Assembly: GCA_963714275.1 (NCBI GenBank)
Contig: CAVQNT010000002.1
Span: forward strand, 608,001-672,000
From: Candidatus Bathyarchaeota archaeon
GTDB taxonomy: Archaea > Thermoproteota > Bathyarchaeia > Bathyarchaeales > DTEX01
Direction of reading: 5' to 3'
Length of the DNA stretch: 64,000 nt
Both the position numbers and the translations under genes were made by a program. Positions 1-10,558 of the stretch are shown here, piece by piece. Position 1 is the first letter of the stretch. Each line of letters opens with the position of its first letter. Below the pieces are notes generated by a model. It saw nothing but the letters and a program-made list of their open reading frames with translations, was not told where the DNA came from and ran no database searches.

Positions 1-1
1 G

Positions 2-121
2 GTTATAGGAACCTCTAAAGCTAAAGGAAAATGTTTTCACGGTTTTCCCTTAACGCAGGAACAGGTTGATTCTGTCCACCAAACAGTGAAAGAAAAAGTT
101 GCGATCAACAAAATCAATTAG
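2..121 (+). CDS. 3' end of an unidentified CDS running in from the left edge
   Basis: Open frame VIGTSKAKGKCFHGFPLTQEQVDSVHQTVKEKVAINKIN ending in TAG at 119-121, convergent with the next gene. Confidence 0.4.
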   Translation, partial: VIGTSKAKGKCFHGFPLTQEQVDSVHQTVKEKVAINKIN

Positions 122-125
122 GGCT

Positions 126-696
126 TCAAATTTTTTTCTCTTTAATCAATGACGGAATTCTGAGTTTTATTGCTTCGTAAATGAGGTATCCTCCAGACAT
201 GCTTAGTAAGCCATGGATTAGGTTGAACACGGCTGTTAGAGGAGTTGTTAAAAGAACCAACTCAAACGTCATTGGGTAATACAACGGGAGAACTATGAGA
301 TTCGCCAAAGCCATGACCACCACTCTTACTATGCATCCAGTAAAGAACGAAGCAGGTTTTGCAAGTCTCAGGCAGTTTTTGAACATCGTTAAGCCGATGA
401 GCATGCCGAGGACTGTAGAGAACTCGAGCTAACGCTTTCATGAATGCGCTGATAACATCTCCGCTGCGGGCAAGGATTGCTAGCATCGCCACAATGGAGG
501 TTGTGGCTCCTGACGTTAAACCCGAGAGAAAAAAGGACAGCACAATCGGGATTCCTGTGAAATCGAATTTTAGGTACGGAAGCCACGGGAAGACGACTTT
601 GAAGCCCGAAAATTTCATGGCGTAGTCAAAAACGACGACGAGGGCTCCTAAAATCGCTGTTTGGGCAATGAAGGTTGTGCTCATTTTGGCGTTCAA
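126..696 (-). CDS. ECF transporter substrate-binding (S) component, one indel near 426
   Basis: Hydrophobic protein with S-component-like motif PWLPYLKFDFTGIP; ORFs 262..696 and 126..404 join if one extra base is removed (MKALAEFSTV). Confidence 0.7.
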
Positions 697-1060
697 TTCA
701 GTTTCAGTTCTTGATTGAATCTTGCCTTCTCTTTTTTAAGTTATCTACTCATAAATTAGTAACAGGCAATACAGGTCGACTAGTAAATGGCATCTTACTA
801 TTCTGTAGATACAGCACAATAAATGTATCCAGAAACTGTGCCTTTATGGTTACACTGAATTTATATCAATATACTCCCATTATTCTTTACAGAGGGAATG
901 AGGCGAAATGTTTTTCTTTCAAAAAGCCCCAAACTGGAATGCTAAGGCAGAATGTAAATCGGCTTTCTGATAGGACTTTTTTAAGTATACGCTTCGTTCC
1001 CTTTCTTGCTTGTAACGGAAATGTTTCTCGTCGTTAGTTCGTTGTGTTATGCATTTTTGT

Positions 1061-1612
1061 TTATATACCTAGGCTTTGACTAACATTCTGAATTCCTTTC
1101 AGCGCGATTTCGAGGAATTCTTCTTTGGGTATTCCGAGGTCTTCGCAGACGACGATTCTGTTCCTGTCAGCTCCTCTGGCGAAATCCTTATCTTTAAATT
1201 TTTTCTTAACGGTTTTCGCGTCAACGTCTTTGACTTTCTTTGAGGGCATAACCAAGGCGCAAGCTGACTATTAGCCCTGACGCTGCGTCGGAGGCGATGA
1301 GTCCCTTGTCTAAACGTGACTTGGGCATTACGCCGCTGTGCTCGTGGTTGTGTGCCTTAATGGCTCTCAGGGTTTCGTCTGGAACTTTGCCTTTAAGTAT
1401 TTCCTCGGCTATTATCCCGTGTTTCTCGAAGTTTTTAGTGTTTTTTCGTAGTCAATGTCGTGAACAAGACCCGTTAACGCCCATAGACTTCCGTCTTCAT
1501 TAAGATACTCAGCTAAAGCCTCCATGATCGCTTCAACAGCAATCATGTGTCGAACAATGTTTTGGCTTTTGACTTTTGCTTTAACTAGCTCCAAAGCTTC
1601 TTCGCAGTCCAA
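1061..1612 (-). CDS. HD (HDIG-type) phosphohydrolase, indels near 1262 and 1437
   Basis: RH...GLVHDIDYE motif and C-terminal KKFKDKDFARGADR typical of this HD subfamily. Confidence 0.8.
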
Positions 1613-1720
1613 AACAGATCACTATCATCAGCAAGTCAAAAACAGTTTCAAGGCATATTATTGGAAGTGGCGGTGAATTGAGTTTTTTGTAATGTTAAAA
1701 ATTTGGGGTTTGCGTGTGTT

Positions 1721-2698
1721 TCATGTAAAATCGTGTTTCATGTGTTTCGGTAAATTCTCTCTGGTCAGTGTTTTGGGGGAATTGTAAATTCTAAGTATCT
1801 CTTCTTTGGTGTTCGTTTGAAGTAATAAATCTGCCCATGCCATCATCCAAACCCAGCGGGGCTGTTTTTTGAGGGTTTCATCGGATGGTAACACACTAAA
1901 CTCCGAAATGGCTAATGGCTTATTTTTCGCTAAGCCCACCATTCGCTCGTACCATTCTTGACGGTAAATTTCGGGATGGTCCTTCACGGGGTAAATGTCT
2001 GACCCCAAAATATCCACGTAATCGTCGCCTGGGTAAAAGTTTTCCACTCCTGGCCACGGTCTGTCGGATGCCCAGACCCAAAGTAGATTGTTCAGTTCAT
2101 GGTGTTCAGTGAAATAGTGGAACAGCTGCCTGTAAAGGGCAACGTAGCCTTCTGACCCTTTACGTCCTCCCCACCAGAACCAGTCTCCGTTCATCTCGTG
2201 GTAGGGTCGAAACAGTACTGGAATATGGGCTTCCTGAACTTTTTTCAGGATTTCCGCCACAATGTCCATCTGTTTTCGCCATACTTCATAGATTTCGGTT
2301 CCAGGCGTCGTCAAGTCTTTCCATTGTTGGTCGGTTAGTTTGCTGATGACTCCGCTTTCAAATAGGCACGGTTCTCCGATGATTGGGTTCGCTTGGTGGT
2401 AAGTCATGGTGATTATGGCTCCGCTGTTGTGTTGTTTCTTGATTTCGTCCACCAGACGCACTCGGTACTTTATGTTGTCAATGTCATGTCTTTCGTCGGA
2501 AAAGCCGAAATCGCTTCCCCACACCGCGGGATACTTGCCAGTGATTTCTTTTATTTTGTCTGTTACGACGGACATTCGACCCATGTATTCGTGTTGTCCA
2601 GTAAGCATCTTCTTTCCGCTGATGCTGTAAATGTACTTTAACAATCTCACAGCTTCAGAACTGGTTTTCGGATTAACGGGATTAACAATTTTAACCAT
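1721..2698 (-). CDS. Glycoside hydrolase family 26 (beta-mannanase-like)
   Basis: RPYHEMNGDWFWWG acid/base motif, LAISE nucleophile, YPGDDYVDILG; no signal peptide visible. Confidence 0.9.
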   Translation of the reverse strand: MVKIVNPVNPKTSSEAVRLLKYIYSISGKKMLTGQHEYMGRMSVVTDKIKEITGKYPAVWGSDFGFSDERHDIDNIKYRVRLVDEIKKQHNSGAIITMTYHQANPIIGEPCLFESGVISKLTDQQWKDLTTPGTEIYEVWRKQMDIVAEILKKVQEAHIPVLFRPYHEMNGDWFWWGGRKGSEGYVALYRQLFHYFTEHHELNNLLWVWASDRPWPGVENFYPGDDYVDILGSDIYPVKDHPEIYRQEWYERMVGLAKNKPLAISEFSVLPSDETLKKQPRWVWMMAWADLLLQTNTKEEILRIYNSPKTLTRENLPKHMKHDFT

Positions 2699-2973
2699 AC
2701 GGAACACCTCTTCTAGAGTTCTCCGATACTCTATGAATCTGCAAAGGTCAACTTATTTCTTTCCAGCTGACTACAGCTTCATCCATTATTCTAGAAACTT
2801 TCTCTCGATTTATTCATAGAAATATTGTGGGCAACTGAAACAGTTTGCGTGTCAACATTACCTTAATATGCGACGGAAACGTGTGGTTTCAGCTTGTTAA
2901 CAGACGTAAAAACAGTAAAAGTTTTACAATGACCAAAACCATGTCTTATGGAGAGAGTTTGGCACGACCATAA

Positions 2974-3875
2974 ATGCAAAGCTTGTTGACGAGATACAGA
3001 AACTGAAACAGGAGAAACAGGCAGTCATTCTCGCACACAACTACCAACGTCCAGAGATTCAGGACATAGCAGATTACGTTGGCGACAGCTTGGAGCTTTC
3101 GGTGCGTGCTGCTGAGACGGACGCTAAGATGATTGTTTTCTGCGGAGTAACGTTCATGGCTGAAACAGCTACCATCCTCAACCCAAACAAGAAGGTTTTG
3201 ATACCAGACCTGAACGCTCTTTGTCCGATGGCTGCAATGTTGCCAGCTGAACTTGTTAAGGTTTATCGAAAAGAAAATCCAGGTTCAAGAATTGTTCTCT
3301 ACATTAATACTTTGGCAGAGGCGAAGGCTGAGTGCGACGCTGTTTGCACCTCTGCGAACTCGGCTGAAATTGTGAACAAAATGGACTCGGACAATGTCAT
3401 CTTTGGTCCTGACGCAAACCTCGCCCATTACACTCAAAATTTCACCAAAAAACATTTGGTTAACATGCCAGCCTTCGGTTTTTGTCCCATTCACAAACTC
3501 TTCAACAAAGAAGATATTTTGAGACTGAAGAAGCTTCATCCTGACGCTGAGGTTTTGGTTCATCCAGAATGCAATCCTGAAGTCTGCGGAGTGGCCGATT
3601 TTGTTGGAAGCACGTCTAAAATGTGCAGGAAAGCGAAGGAGTCTTCAGCTAGAAAGTTCATTGTGGCAACGGAGATTGGCATAATTCATAAAATGCAGGC
3701 TAACCGAAAAGACGCGGTGTTTATTCCTGCTTACGACGAGGCGATATGCGTAAACATGAAGCTGCACACTCTTGAGAAGCTTTACCTTTCGTTGAAGAAT
3801 GAGCGTTACGTCGTGAAAGTCCTAGCCGACACAGCGAACAGAGCCCGAAAAGCGCTCGAAATCATGCTCAAATAA
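2974..3875 (+). CDS. nadA: Quinolinate synthase A; 5' end inferred across a probable indel near 2980
   Basis: ILAHNYQRPEIQDIADYVGDSLEL upstream of the listed ORF, FCGVTFMAETA, CPMA, HPEC, GSTS. Confidence 0.92.
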
Positions 3876-3975
3876 GCCTCTAAATAAAAAGAAGGCGAAT
3901 AAGCTAGGTTAACATCAAGGCACATTTATTTCTTTGTGTGTTAAAAACGAGAACTATTGCTCAGTCTTCACTTGG

Positions 3976-4139
3976 TCTGTTTTGTTCAACATCTGGAAGT
4001 GTATTTTGAACAACATACTGCTTTGTCTTAGACCTGTCTGTTTTGTGTGACATTAGAATTTTCCGTTTGAATGACAAACCGCGACCTGTGAAGGCCTGAT
4101 CTGTTTTGTGGCGCATTATCTCTGTTGTTTTGGGGCGCA
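3976..4139. repeat. Three tandem degenerate bipartite units, period 61-63 bp
   Basis: TCTGT-TTTG-N4-RCA-N13-TTTG-N4-RCA starting at 3976, 4037 and 4100; TTTG boxes at 3981/4005, 4042/4066, 4105/4129, each pair 24 bp apart. Confidence 0.7.
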
Positions 4140-4239
4140 AACATAGACTAATGTTTTTTTCTGTGATGTATGTAAATTTTTATTTTTTGAATGAAAAAGG
4201 GGGATATTGTACGCGGAATTTTCTTCGGATTATTGGAGG

Positions 4240-4521
4240 CTACATTGTTCTGTCAAGAACGTAGTAGAACACGGTGGAGAAGGCTTCGATTATGATTACT
4301 GCTGCGATTGAACCGACGATTTGGCCTGTTGAGAAATAGGTTACTAAAAGTGCCACAGGGTCAACGACTAGTCTATATAACAAAGTTTTTTTGACTGAAA
4401 TCCTGCGTGGACGGTTGGAAATTGGCGGGACATCAACACCACACTCTGTAAGACAAGACCTATTGTTTAAAGCATGGTATTTAAGTTTTTCAGCTTCTGA
4501 ACCCGTGAAAGGCGCATTCAA
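4240..4521 (-). CDS. Small membrane protein, DUF2061-like (true start probably further downstream)
   Basis: SVKKTLLYR followed by two hydrophobic helices and YYVLDR. Confidence 0.55.
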   Translation of the reverse strand: MNAPFTGSEAEKLKYHALNNRSCLTECGVDVPPISNRPRRISVKKTLLYRLVVDPVALLVTYFSTGQIVGSIAAVIIIEAFSTVFYYVLDRTM

Positions 4522-4526
4522 TGCTG

Positions 4527-5825
4527 TTAAGGCTGCTTACGCTCTTTTTCTCCAATAGGTCTTGAGGCAAAGAATGGAGGTTTACCTTGAAATCCTTTTG
4601 CCGCCATCTCCTTGTGGATTTTTTGCCATTCGCGGCGTGTCAGGCGGTGTCGAGGAGCCAGATGCTTGCTCAGTGCCTGCATGAAGGCTTCTGTGTCAGG
4701 GGGGCAGCCGGGAACGAATGTTCCTTGAAGTTTGTTGAAGAAGGTTGGGGCGAGACAGTTGCCGCAGAGTATACAGGCTGAGTCTTCTTCCAGAGGAGTC
4801 GGCGGCTTGGCTTCAGGACCCATGAGTACGTACAGCTTCGTTTTCGCAGAGTTTATTTCGTGTCTTTGCAGCAACACGGTGGCGAGACGGCCATAGCAGC
4901 CTGTGCAGGCACCTTCGTTGATTATTTTGACCTTTTCGCTTTCTTTGTTAATGAAGTCGACCATGTTCACTGTTTTCGCTCGGAAAGCCTCCTCAATCGT
5001 CAACCCCAGAATCTGATGTTTTTCAATTTCGGATGAGCCTAAGCCGTGTTCTTCTGCCCACCTTAGGTAGCGTAACGCCTTCGGGTCTGCCCCCATTATC
5101 TTTGCTGCGACAGCATCAACTAAAACCGCGTTGTCTCCCGCCATGGTAAGGTCCATTTTCTGCACCTCGAATGCTGGCCAGTGATGGGTTGAGAAGCCTC
5201 CGTCGACCACGACTAGGCTGCTTGGTTTAACGAGGTTCAGGTCCACAATGATTTCTTCGATTCTGTCAGATTGGTGGTAGTTGATGCGGTCCTGCAGCTC
5301 GAGGACGCCGTAAAGGTTTTTGATGGCAACAGTCACACCGACCAAATGATGGGTCTTTAACGTTCCTGCATTGATCAATATGTCGCATTCCACTAATTCT
5401 TTTGCGACCTTCACCTTCTCGAAGAAAACTGGATTCTTAACATTAACCTCGATTCGGGGGCTTCGTCCAAGATCGACCCATTCACCCCCCTCTTCTCTGG
5501 CGATTTTGGCAACAGCATCATACAACGTCATGTCCCAAGAGGTGACAGCGTCGCCGACCAAAATCTGCGAGGCTCCAGCTGACTTCGCTAACTTCACCAA
5601 GGTGCGGATGGTTTCAGGATGAACCGTTTCTCCGGTCTCGTAGGGGCTGCCATCAACAAGGTTCGCTTTGATGAGAACCTTGTCGCCTTTCTTGACGAAT
5701 CTTTCTATGCCGCCAATCAGTTGGACAGCTTTGGTTACACGGTTTACGATGTTTTCTCCCCTAACAATCGAAACTGAATATTTTTCGGGCCCCATCTTTC
5801 TGGGTGACGTTTCTTGGTGGGACAT
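4527..5825 (-). CDS. DUF362 family putative Fe-S protein
   Basis: VLIKANLV, LKTHHLVGVTVAIKNLYG, C-terminal CTGC / CILCGNC / GCPP. Confidence 0.85.
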   Translation of the reverse strand: MSHQETSPRKMGPEKYSVSIVRGENIVNRVTKAVQLIGGIERFVKKGDKVLIKANLVDGSPYETGETVHPETIRTLVKLAKSAGASQILVGDAVTSWDMTLYDAVAKIAREEGGEWVDLGRSPRIEVNVKNPVFFEKVKVAKELVECDILINAGTLKTHHLVGVTVAIKNLYGVLELQDRINYHQSDRIEEIIVDLNLVKPSSLVVVDGGFSTHHWPAFEVQKMDLTMAGDNAVLVDAVAAKIMGADPKALRYLRWAEEHGLGSSEIEKHQILGLTIEEAFRAKTVNMVDFINKESEKVKIINEGACTGCYGRLATVLLQRHEINSAKTKLYVLMGPEAKPPTPLEEDSACILCGNCLAPTFFNKLQGTFVPGCPPDTEAFMQALSKHLAPRHRLTRREWQKIHKEMAAKGFQGKPPFFASRPIGEKERKQP

Positions 5826-5908
5826 GTTTGGTCAGGCAGGTTTTTTTGTGGAACCTTGATTTGGCTTACGTGAATTTTGTGGCAATTTTTTTTTCTTTGA
5901 TCCTTTTT

Positions 5909-7106
5909 TTAGTTGAAGAAGTCTTCGTCTCCTTCAGGTAGGTGTTTCCTTGCGGCTTTTTCGTTAAATTCGACACCCATGCCTGGTTTGTCCCAGACTT
6001 CTATGAATCCGTTTTTCACCACGGGATTCGGAAGGCCTTCGACTATGTCGTACCACCACTCTGGTCTCCCAATCGGGTATTCGAAGGCAATGTAGTTTTT
6101 AGGTAATGTTGCTGACATGTGAACGAGAGCTGCGAGCCCAAACAGCCCGTTGAAGACGCCGTGCGGAGCCACGAGGATTCCGTGAAGGTCAGCGTACTCA
6201 GTCTGTCCATTTGAGTTCCGCTATGCCGCCTATGTCGCAGGGGTCTGGACCAATTATGTGAACAGCGTGTTTTTCGATGACATCCTTGAAGTTTTGTCTG
6301 AGGTAAATTTGTTCGCCAGTGTGGATGTTGGTGCTCGTGGAACGGGTGACCTCGCGGTAAACATCAGCTAAAGTATAAGGCGTGTAGTCGCCCGTGATCA
6401 TGTCTTCAAGCCACATCACGTTCAATGGCTCCAAAGCCTTGGCGAACTTGATTGCTGAAGGCACGACCCATCCTGGTCCGCAGTCTAAGGCGAGACCCAC
6501 ATCGTCCCCTAAAACGTCTTTCATTGCTTTTACGCATGCTATAATGTGTTTCAGTCCGCTTTCGGTTAAAAGCCCGCGGCTTATGTACGGTGAACCATTG
6601 TCGACTTCGCCGTAGAAAAAGTTGGGAACCACTGTGTGCATTCCTGCGTGGAAGCCGACGGGTTGCTTTATGATTGTGAAACCCTCTTTCGCATCCTTCA
6701 TTTTCCGCATGACTTCAGCGTAGTCTTCTGGAGAATTTCCTTTTATCGGAAACCTTACTCCGCCGTTGTAGACGCGGACTTTGTCTCGGATTTTTCCTCC
6801 CAAAAGCTTGTAAACTGGTAACCCAGCGGCTTTTCCAGCCAAGTCCCATAGTGCCATTTCGATTGCGCTTACTGCGCTTCCCCAGGGTTTGTAGCTTCCC
6901 AGCTTTCGGATTCTGAGCATCACTCTTTCGATGTTGGTGGGGTCTTGCCCCAGAATGTACGGTTTGTAAAAGAGTACGTGAGGTTTTATGTAGGTTTTTG
7001 GGGATTCGATTTCTCCGATTCCACTTATGCCTTCGTCGGTTGTTATGCGGATAACGGGATTCTGTCCTATGATGGTGCATTTCAGGTCGGTTATTTTCAT
7101 GTCCAT
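5909..7106 (-). CDS. Mandelate racemase/muconate lactonizing (enolase superfamily) dehydratase, indel near 6200
   Basis: SAIEMALWDLAGKAAGLPVYKLLGGK, WLED, HTGE, KPGMGVE; the two ORFs join by removing one base (KWTAEYADLHG). Confidence 0.88.
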
Positions 7107-7251
7107 TCCAGCCTCAATTAAACAGGTTGGAGAAGCATATGTTGACCTTGTATTTCATTTTTGCCCTTACCCGTTTTATAAAGAAACATGTGAAGACAAA
7201 AAAACAGTTTTTATCTTCAAAAATAACATTGATTGTTAACTTTCAAACTGC

Positions 7252-8631
7252 TTATTCCACGTATTTGTAGTATCTGTAGCCCAAGTCGTTTTCATTTATG
7301 CCGATGCTGTTTAGGGCGAACTCTTCTTTTGGCGAAATGATGCTTTCGTTGAGCTTCCGTCTTCCTTCATGCAGATCCTCGTAAACATCAATCGGTATCT
7401 TTTGCCGTTTGTTAAGTTTGTGTATGAGCTTAATTTTTTCTAAAACTTCCTTGTATTTAGGCTGGACAATGAAGCTGCACACGATTGCGCTGCTTCCGCT
7501 GCCATAGGAGCCTATGCCGATCCGTTTGCCTGTTAAGTCGTCTTTTCGGGTTTCGAAGTGGCTTGTGACGCCTAGCCAGACAGAAGCAGTGTATGAGTTG
7601 CCAATAAGGCAAATCGCCTTTAACGAATCCGCAACCTTCTTGTCGTATTCTGTTGTAAAGTCTTCGGTGTTCGTAAAGTTCTTTCTGTAATCCTTGTAGC
7701 CGTCGGAAATGTAGAACTCCATGTCAGCCAATTTTTCCCTGCTAGGCTCAGGACCTATCGTTTGCGCGATTCTGTTCCATTTAGGAAGGTTTCTCCAGTC
7801 GTGAATTAGGAAAGACGCGAAGGCGTACTGAACCATCTTCGGAAACGGCGCGTGAAAAGACACTATGTCTATTTTGTCTATCAAGCTTTCAGCGGGAGAC
7901 TTTAAAACTCCAGCCTTCAGCATGCTTTTTCTATAAAAATCCGTAGCAATCCTCATGTCTCTCAGGTAACAGCCCACAGAATATTGCCCGTTAAACACGG
8001 CTGTTGCCCTTTCGACGGGTCTGAAGAAGTCATGGTCATCCACGGTTCCAAACCCCGTGAACTGAGGCTCATACGCAAGGAGCCGTGGGTTCTCTTTCAA
8101 AAGTAGGGCGATTGCGGCTGCACCCTGAGTCGGTTCACCTGATGAGTTTAGCTCGTACTTTGCGATGTCCGTGGCGACCACGATTGAGTAAGGTGCTCTG
8201 TTCCAGCCTGAGGCAATGTAGGCTAGACGGTCAATCATGGCGTAGGTTGCGCCAACGCATGCGAACTTCGTTTCGGGTGCTCCGATGTGGTCTAAACTGC
8301 CTTTTCCATACCTTAGCTCCAGCATACCTTGCACGTAGCACGAGATGGGTTTCGCGGCATCAGGACCTGATTCGGTGGCGATGTGGATAAAGTCGATGTC
8401 TTTTGGCTGCAGGTTGTTCTTTTCCATAAGCTTCAAGGCAGCCATGGCAGCCATCGTTACTGCGTCTTCGTGGGCGTCGGGGATTGAAAGTTTGTCTATG
8501 CCTAGCCCTTTGGAAAATTTTTCAGGCGGCACACCTCGGGCTTTAGCCATGTCTCCTGCGTCTAGGTACAACTTAGGGATGTATGTGGCGATGTCGTCGA
8601 TGCCAACCGTTTTCTGCAAAGGGCTCACCAA
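7252..8631 (-). CDS. hmgS: Hydroxymethylglutaryl-CoA synthase, long type
   Basis: EDAVTMA, ATES, catalytic KFACVG, GEPTQGAAA, HAPF, GNSYTAS, SYGSGS. Confidence 0.88.
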   Translation of the reverse strand: MVSPLQKTVGIDDIATYIPKLYLDAGDMAKARGVPPEKFSKGLGIDKLSIPDAHEDAVTMAAMAALKLMEKNNLQPKDIDFIHIATESGPDAAKPISCYVQGMLELRYGKGSLDHIGAPETKFACVGATYAMIDRLAYIASGWNRAPYSIVVATDIAKYELNSSGEPTQGAAAIALLLKENPRLLAYEPQFTGFGTVDDHDFFRPVERATAVFNGQYSVGCYLRDMRIATDFYRKSMLKAGVLKSPAESLIDKIDIVSFHAPFPKMVQYAFASFLIHDWRNLPKWNRIAQTIGPEPSREKLADMEFYISDGYKDYRKNFTNTEDFTTEYDKKVADSLKAICLIGNSYTASVWLGVTSHFETRKDDLTGKRIGIGSYGSGSSAIVCSFIVQPKYKEVLEKIKLIHKLNKRQKIPIDVYEDLHEGRRKLNESIISPKEEFALNSIGINENDLGYRYYKYVE

Positions 8632-8711
8632 ACATGGAATGCTAAAGTGGACTACAAGTTAAATGAATTCTGAATATAATGTTTTCTGGAAGCTCCGTTT
8701 ATTGTTGGGGG

Positions 8712-9864
8712 TCACATAATTTTGCCGTTTTTCATGATTTTCTGTTTCGTATCCGCCCTTTCTATGGTCGCCGTGGGATGGGTGACGAAGTCCCAGTGCA
8801 TGCTTGAGATCGAGGTTCCTCCGTAGCTGAGGTTGGAGCCGAATGCGAGGTGAACTGAGCCTCCGATCTTCTCGTCTGTGAGTATGTACCCTATGGCTTT
8901 GTTGATGGCTGGGTTGCAGCCTATGCCGAGCTCAGCAATATTCGTTGTCCGAACCTCTTTCTCTTTGCTGTCGATTTCGAGGCAACGTTTGAAGGAGTCG
9001 ATCATCTGGTCTCCGTTAACCTTCGCGGTGCACTCGTCCAGAAGCAGCTCTGCCATTCTTGAAGTGCAACGTGACGTCTTTGACGATCTTGTTCGTGAAC
9101 CTGTCTATTGTGACTGGACAAAACAGCGCCCCGTCGCCGAAGGTTTCGTAGGGCGCAATGAAAAGTTCGCCAGCAGGCAGGTTGTTACCCAGATCGCCGA
9201 CTTTAATGTCGTGATCGTCAACCAAGCCATCATCCTCGTTCAATCGGCGCCCCCTAATTCGGCACGTGAAGTCTGAGCCCTTATCGTCCGTTATGTGAAG
9301 AACGTCAGCGCCTTTCAGGAGCTCCGCAAGCCTCGAAGTGTTCTGTTTCAGGGTTGAAGTGGGAACCGCCATGCCTTCCACGATCAGCTGTTCAAGGTTC
9401 TCGTAGTCCACGTCATAGAAACTCGCAGCTTCCTGCGTCGGCCAGCCTGCGTAGGTCCATTTTTTGCCGGGTCCCCCATCTTCGCCGTAAAGGATTTTCC
9501 TTATCGGTACGTTGGCTTCGGTTCGGGCTGCGATTTTTTCGGGCGGAAAACGGGTTTGGACTGCGGGGTCCTTGAAGGGTTCAACCGTTATGTAGACGTC
9601 GGCTTCTTTTATGGCTCCCAAATAGTGCTTGGGCGTGACCTTCAGCGTTTTTTCGGGTATCTCGTCGTAGACTCGGGCTGAGTACTCGTCGGTGGACGCC
9701 ATTATGATCGGTTGGGCGCCTTTGCGATAGCACAGTATACCGATTTCTTCGAGTAGTTCTTGTGTGTGGGTGCCTCCTCGAATGATGACTGCTTCGCCTC
9801 TCTTGAGGTTCATGCCGTCAATGATTGCCTCGGCGCATTTTTGTATCTTTTCCTTCGTGATCAT
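8712..9864 (-). CDS. Aminopeptidase, M29 (thermophilic metalloprotease) family, indel near 9047
   Basis: NLPAGELFIAP, AELGIGCNP, DEKIGGSVHLAFG, HWD. Confidence 0.88.
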
Positions 9865-9984
9865 CCTAAACATCACCAATCTGGATCATTGAAGACTGCA
9901 AATTCTTTTATACTTTGATTATTCATCGCTGCGTGTAACTATTTAACATCTATCTAAAATTTCTTTGCACAACCACCAGATACA

Positions 9985-10025
9985 TCTGATTTGTGTAACA
10001 ATAGAGTTTTCCGTTTGCATAACAA
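9985..10025. repeat. Fourth copy of the bipartite repeat
   Basis: 35/41 identical to 4037-4077 in the same orientation; TTTG boxes at 9990 and 10014. Confidence 0.75.
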
Positions 10026-10149
10026 TTGCAGCTTACATAATCAAGAATGATTTCAAACTTTTTTCTTCAATGTTTTTTGTTTCTTTTTGGAGAGGATTTG
10101 GGAAACCATAATAGGCATATTTAGGCATAGTTTTGGGCAGTGATAAAAG

Positions 10150-10536
10150 TTGTCAAAAACCAAGAAGCAAACTGTTGGGCAAGGGAAGGTGCTTTCGAAA
10201 GCCACTGTTCTGGGCAACCTTGTCTTCGTTTCAGGCATTGGTCCGCACGACCCGAAGACTGGGAAACAGGTTGAGGGCGGAATCAGGGAACAAACAAAAG
10301 CCGTTATGGAGCTGATGAAGGCTGCTCTTGAGGAAGCAGGCAGCAATCTAGACGACGTTTTGAAGTGCACGGTTTTCTTGACGGATATGAACCATTACGG
10401 AGCGATGAACGAGGTTTACGGTTCATTCTTTAAGGCTGCCCCCGCAAGAACTTGCGTGCAAGTCTCGAAGCTGCCGAGACCCGACGAAAACTGCCTGGTC
10501 GAAATAGACGCTGTCGCCTGCAAACCAAAGAAATAA
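10150..10536 (+). CDS. ridA: RidA/YjgF family imine deaminase
   Basis: LVFVSG, MNEVYGSFF, PARTCVQV, VEIDAVA. Confidence 0.9.
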   Translation: MSKTKKQTVGQGKVLSKATVLGNLVFVSGIGPHDPKTGKQVEGGIREQTKAVMELMKAALEEAGSNLDDVLKCTVFLTDMNHYGAMNEVYGSFFKAAPARTCVQVSKLPRPDENCLVEIDAVACKPKK

Positions 10537-10558
10537 CGGTAAACGGAAGTACAGTCAA

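Noticed and set aside
697-1060. Riboswitch or replication-origin (ORB) boxes upstream of the ECF gene
   Set aside because: Only weak partial ORB-like matches, no recognisable aptamer and no cdc6 nearby
1603-1620. Further copy of the bipartite repeat (CAAAACAGATC)
   Set aside because: Lacks the partner box 24 bp away and overlaps the HD gene start codon
3976-4139. Degenerate mini-CRISPR reading of the ~62-bp periodic repeat
   Set aside because: Units diverge in their middle, linkers are only ~21-23 bp, and no cas genes or leader are visible
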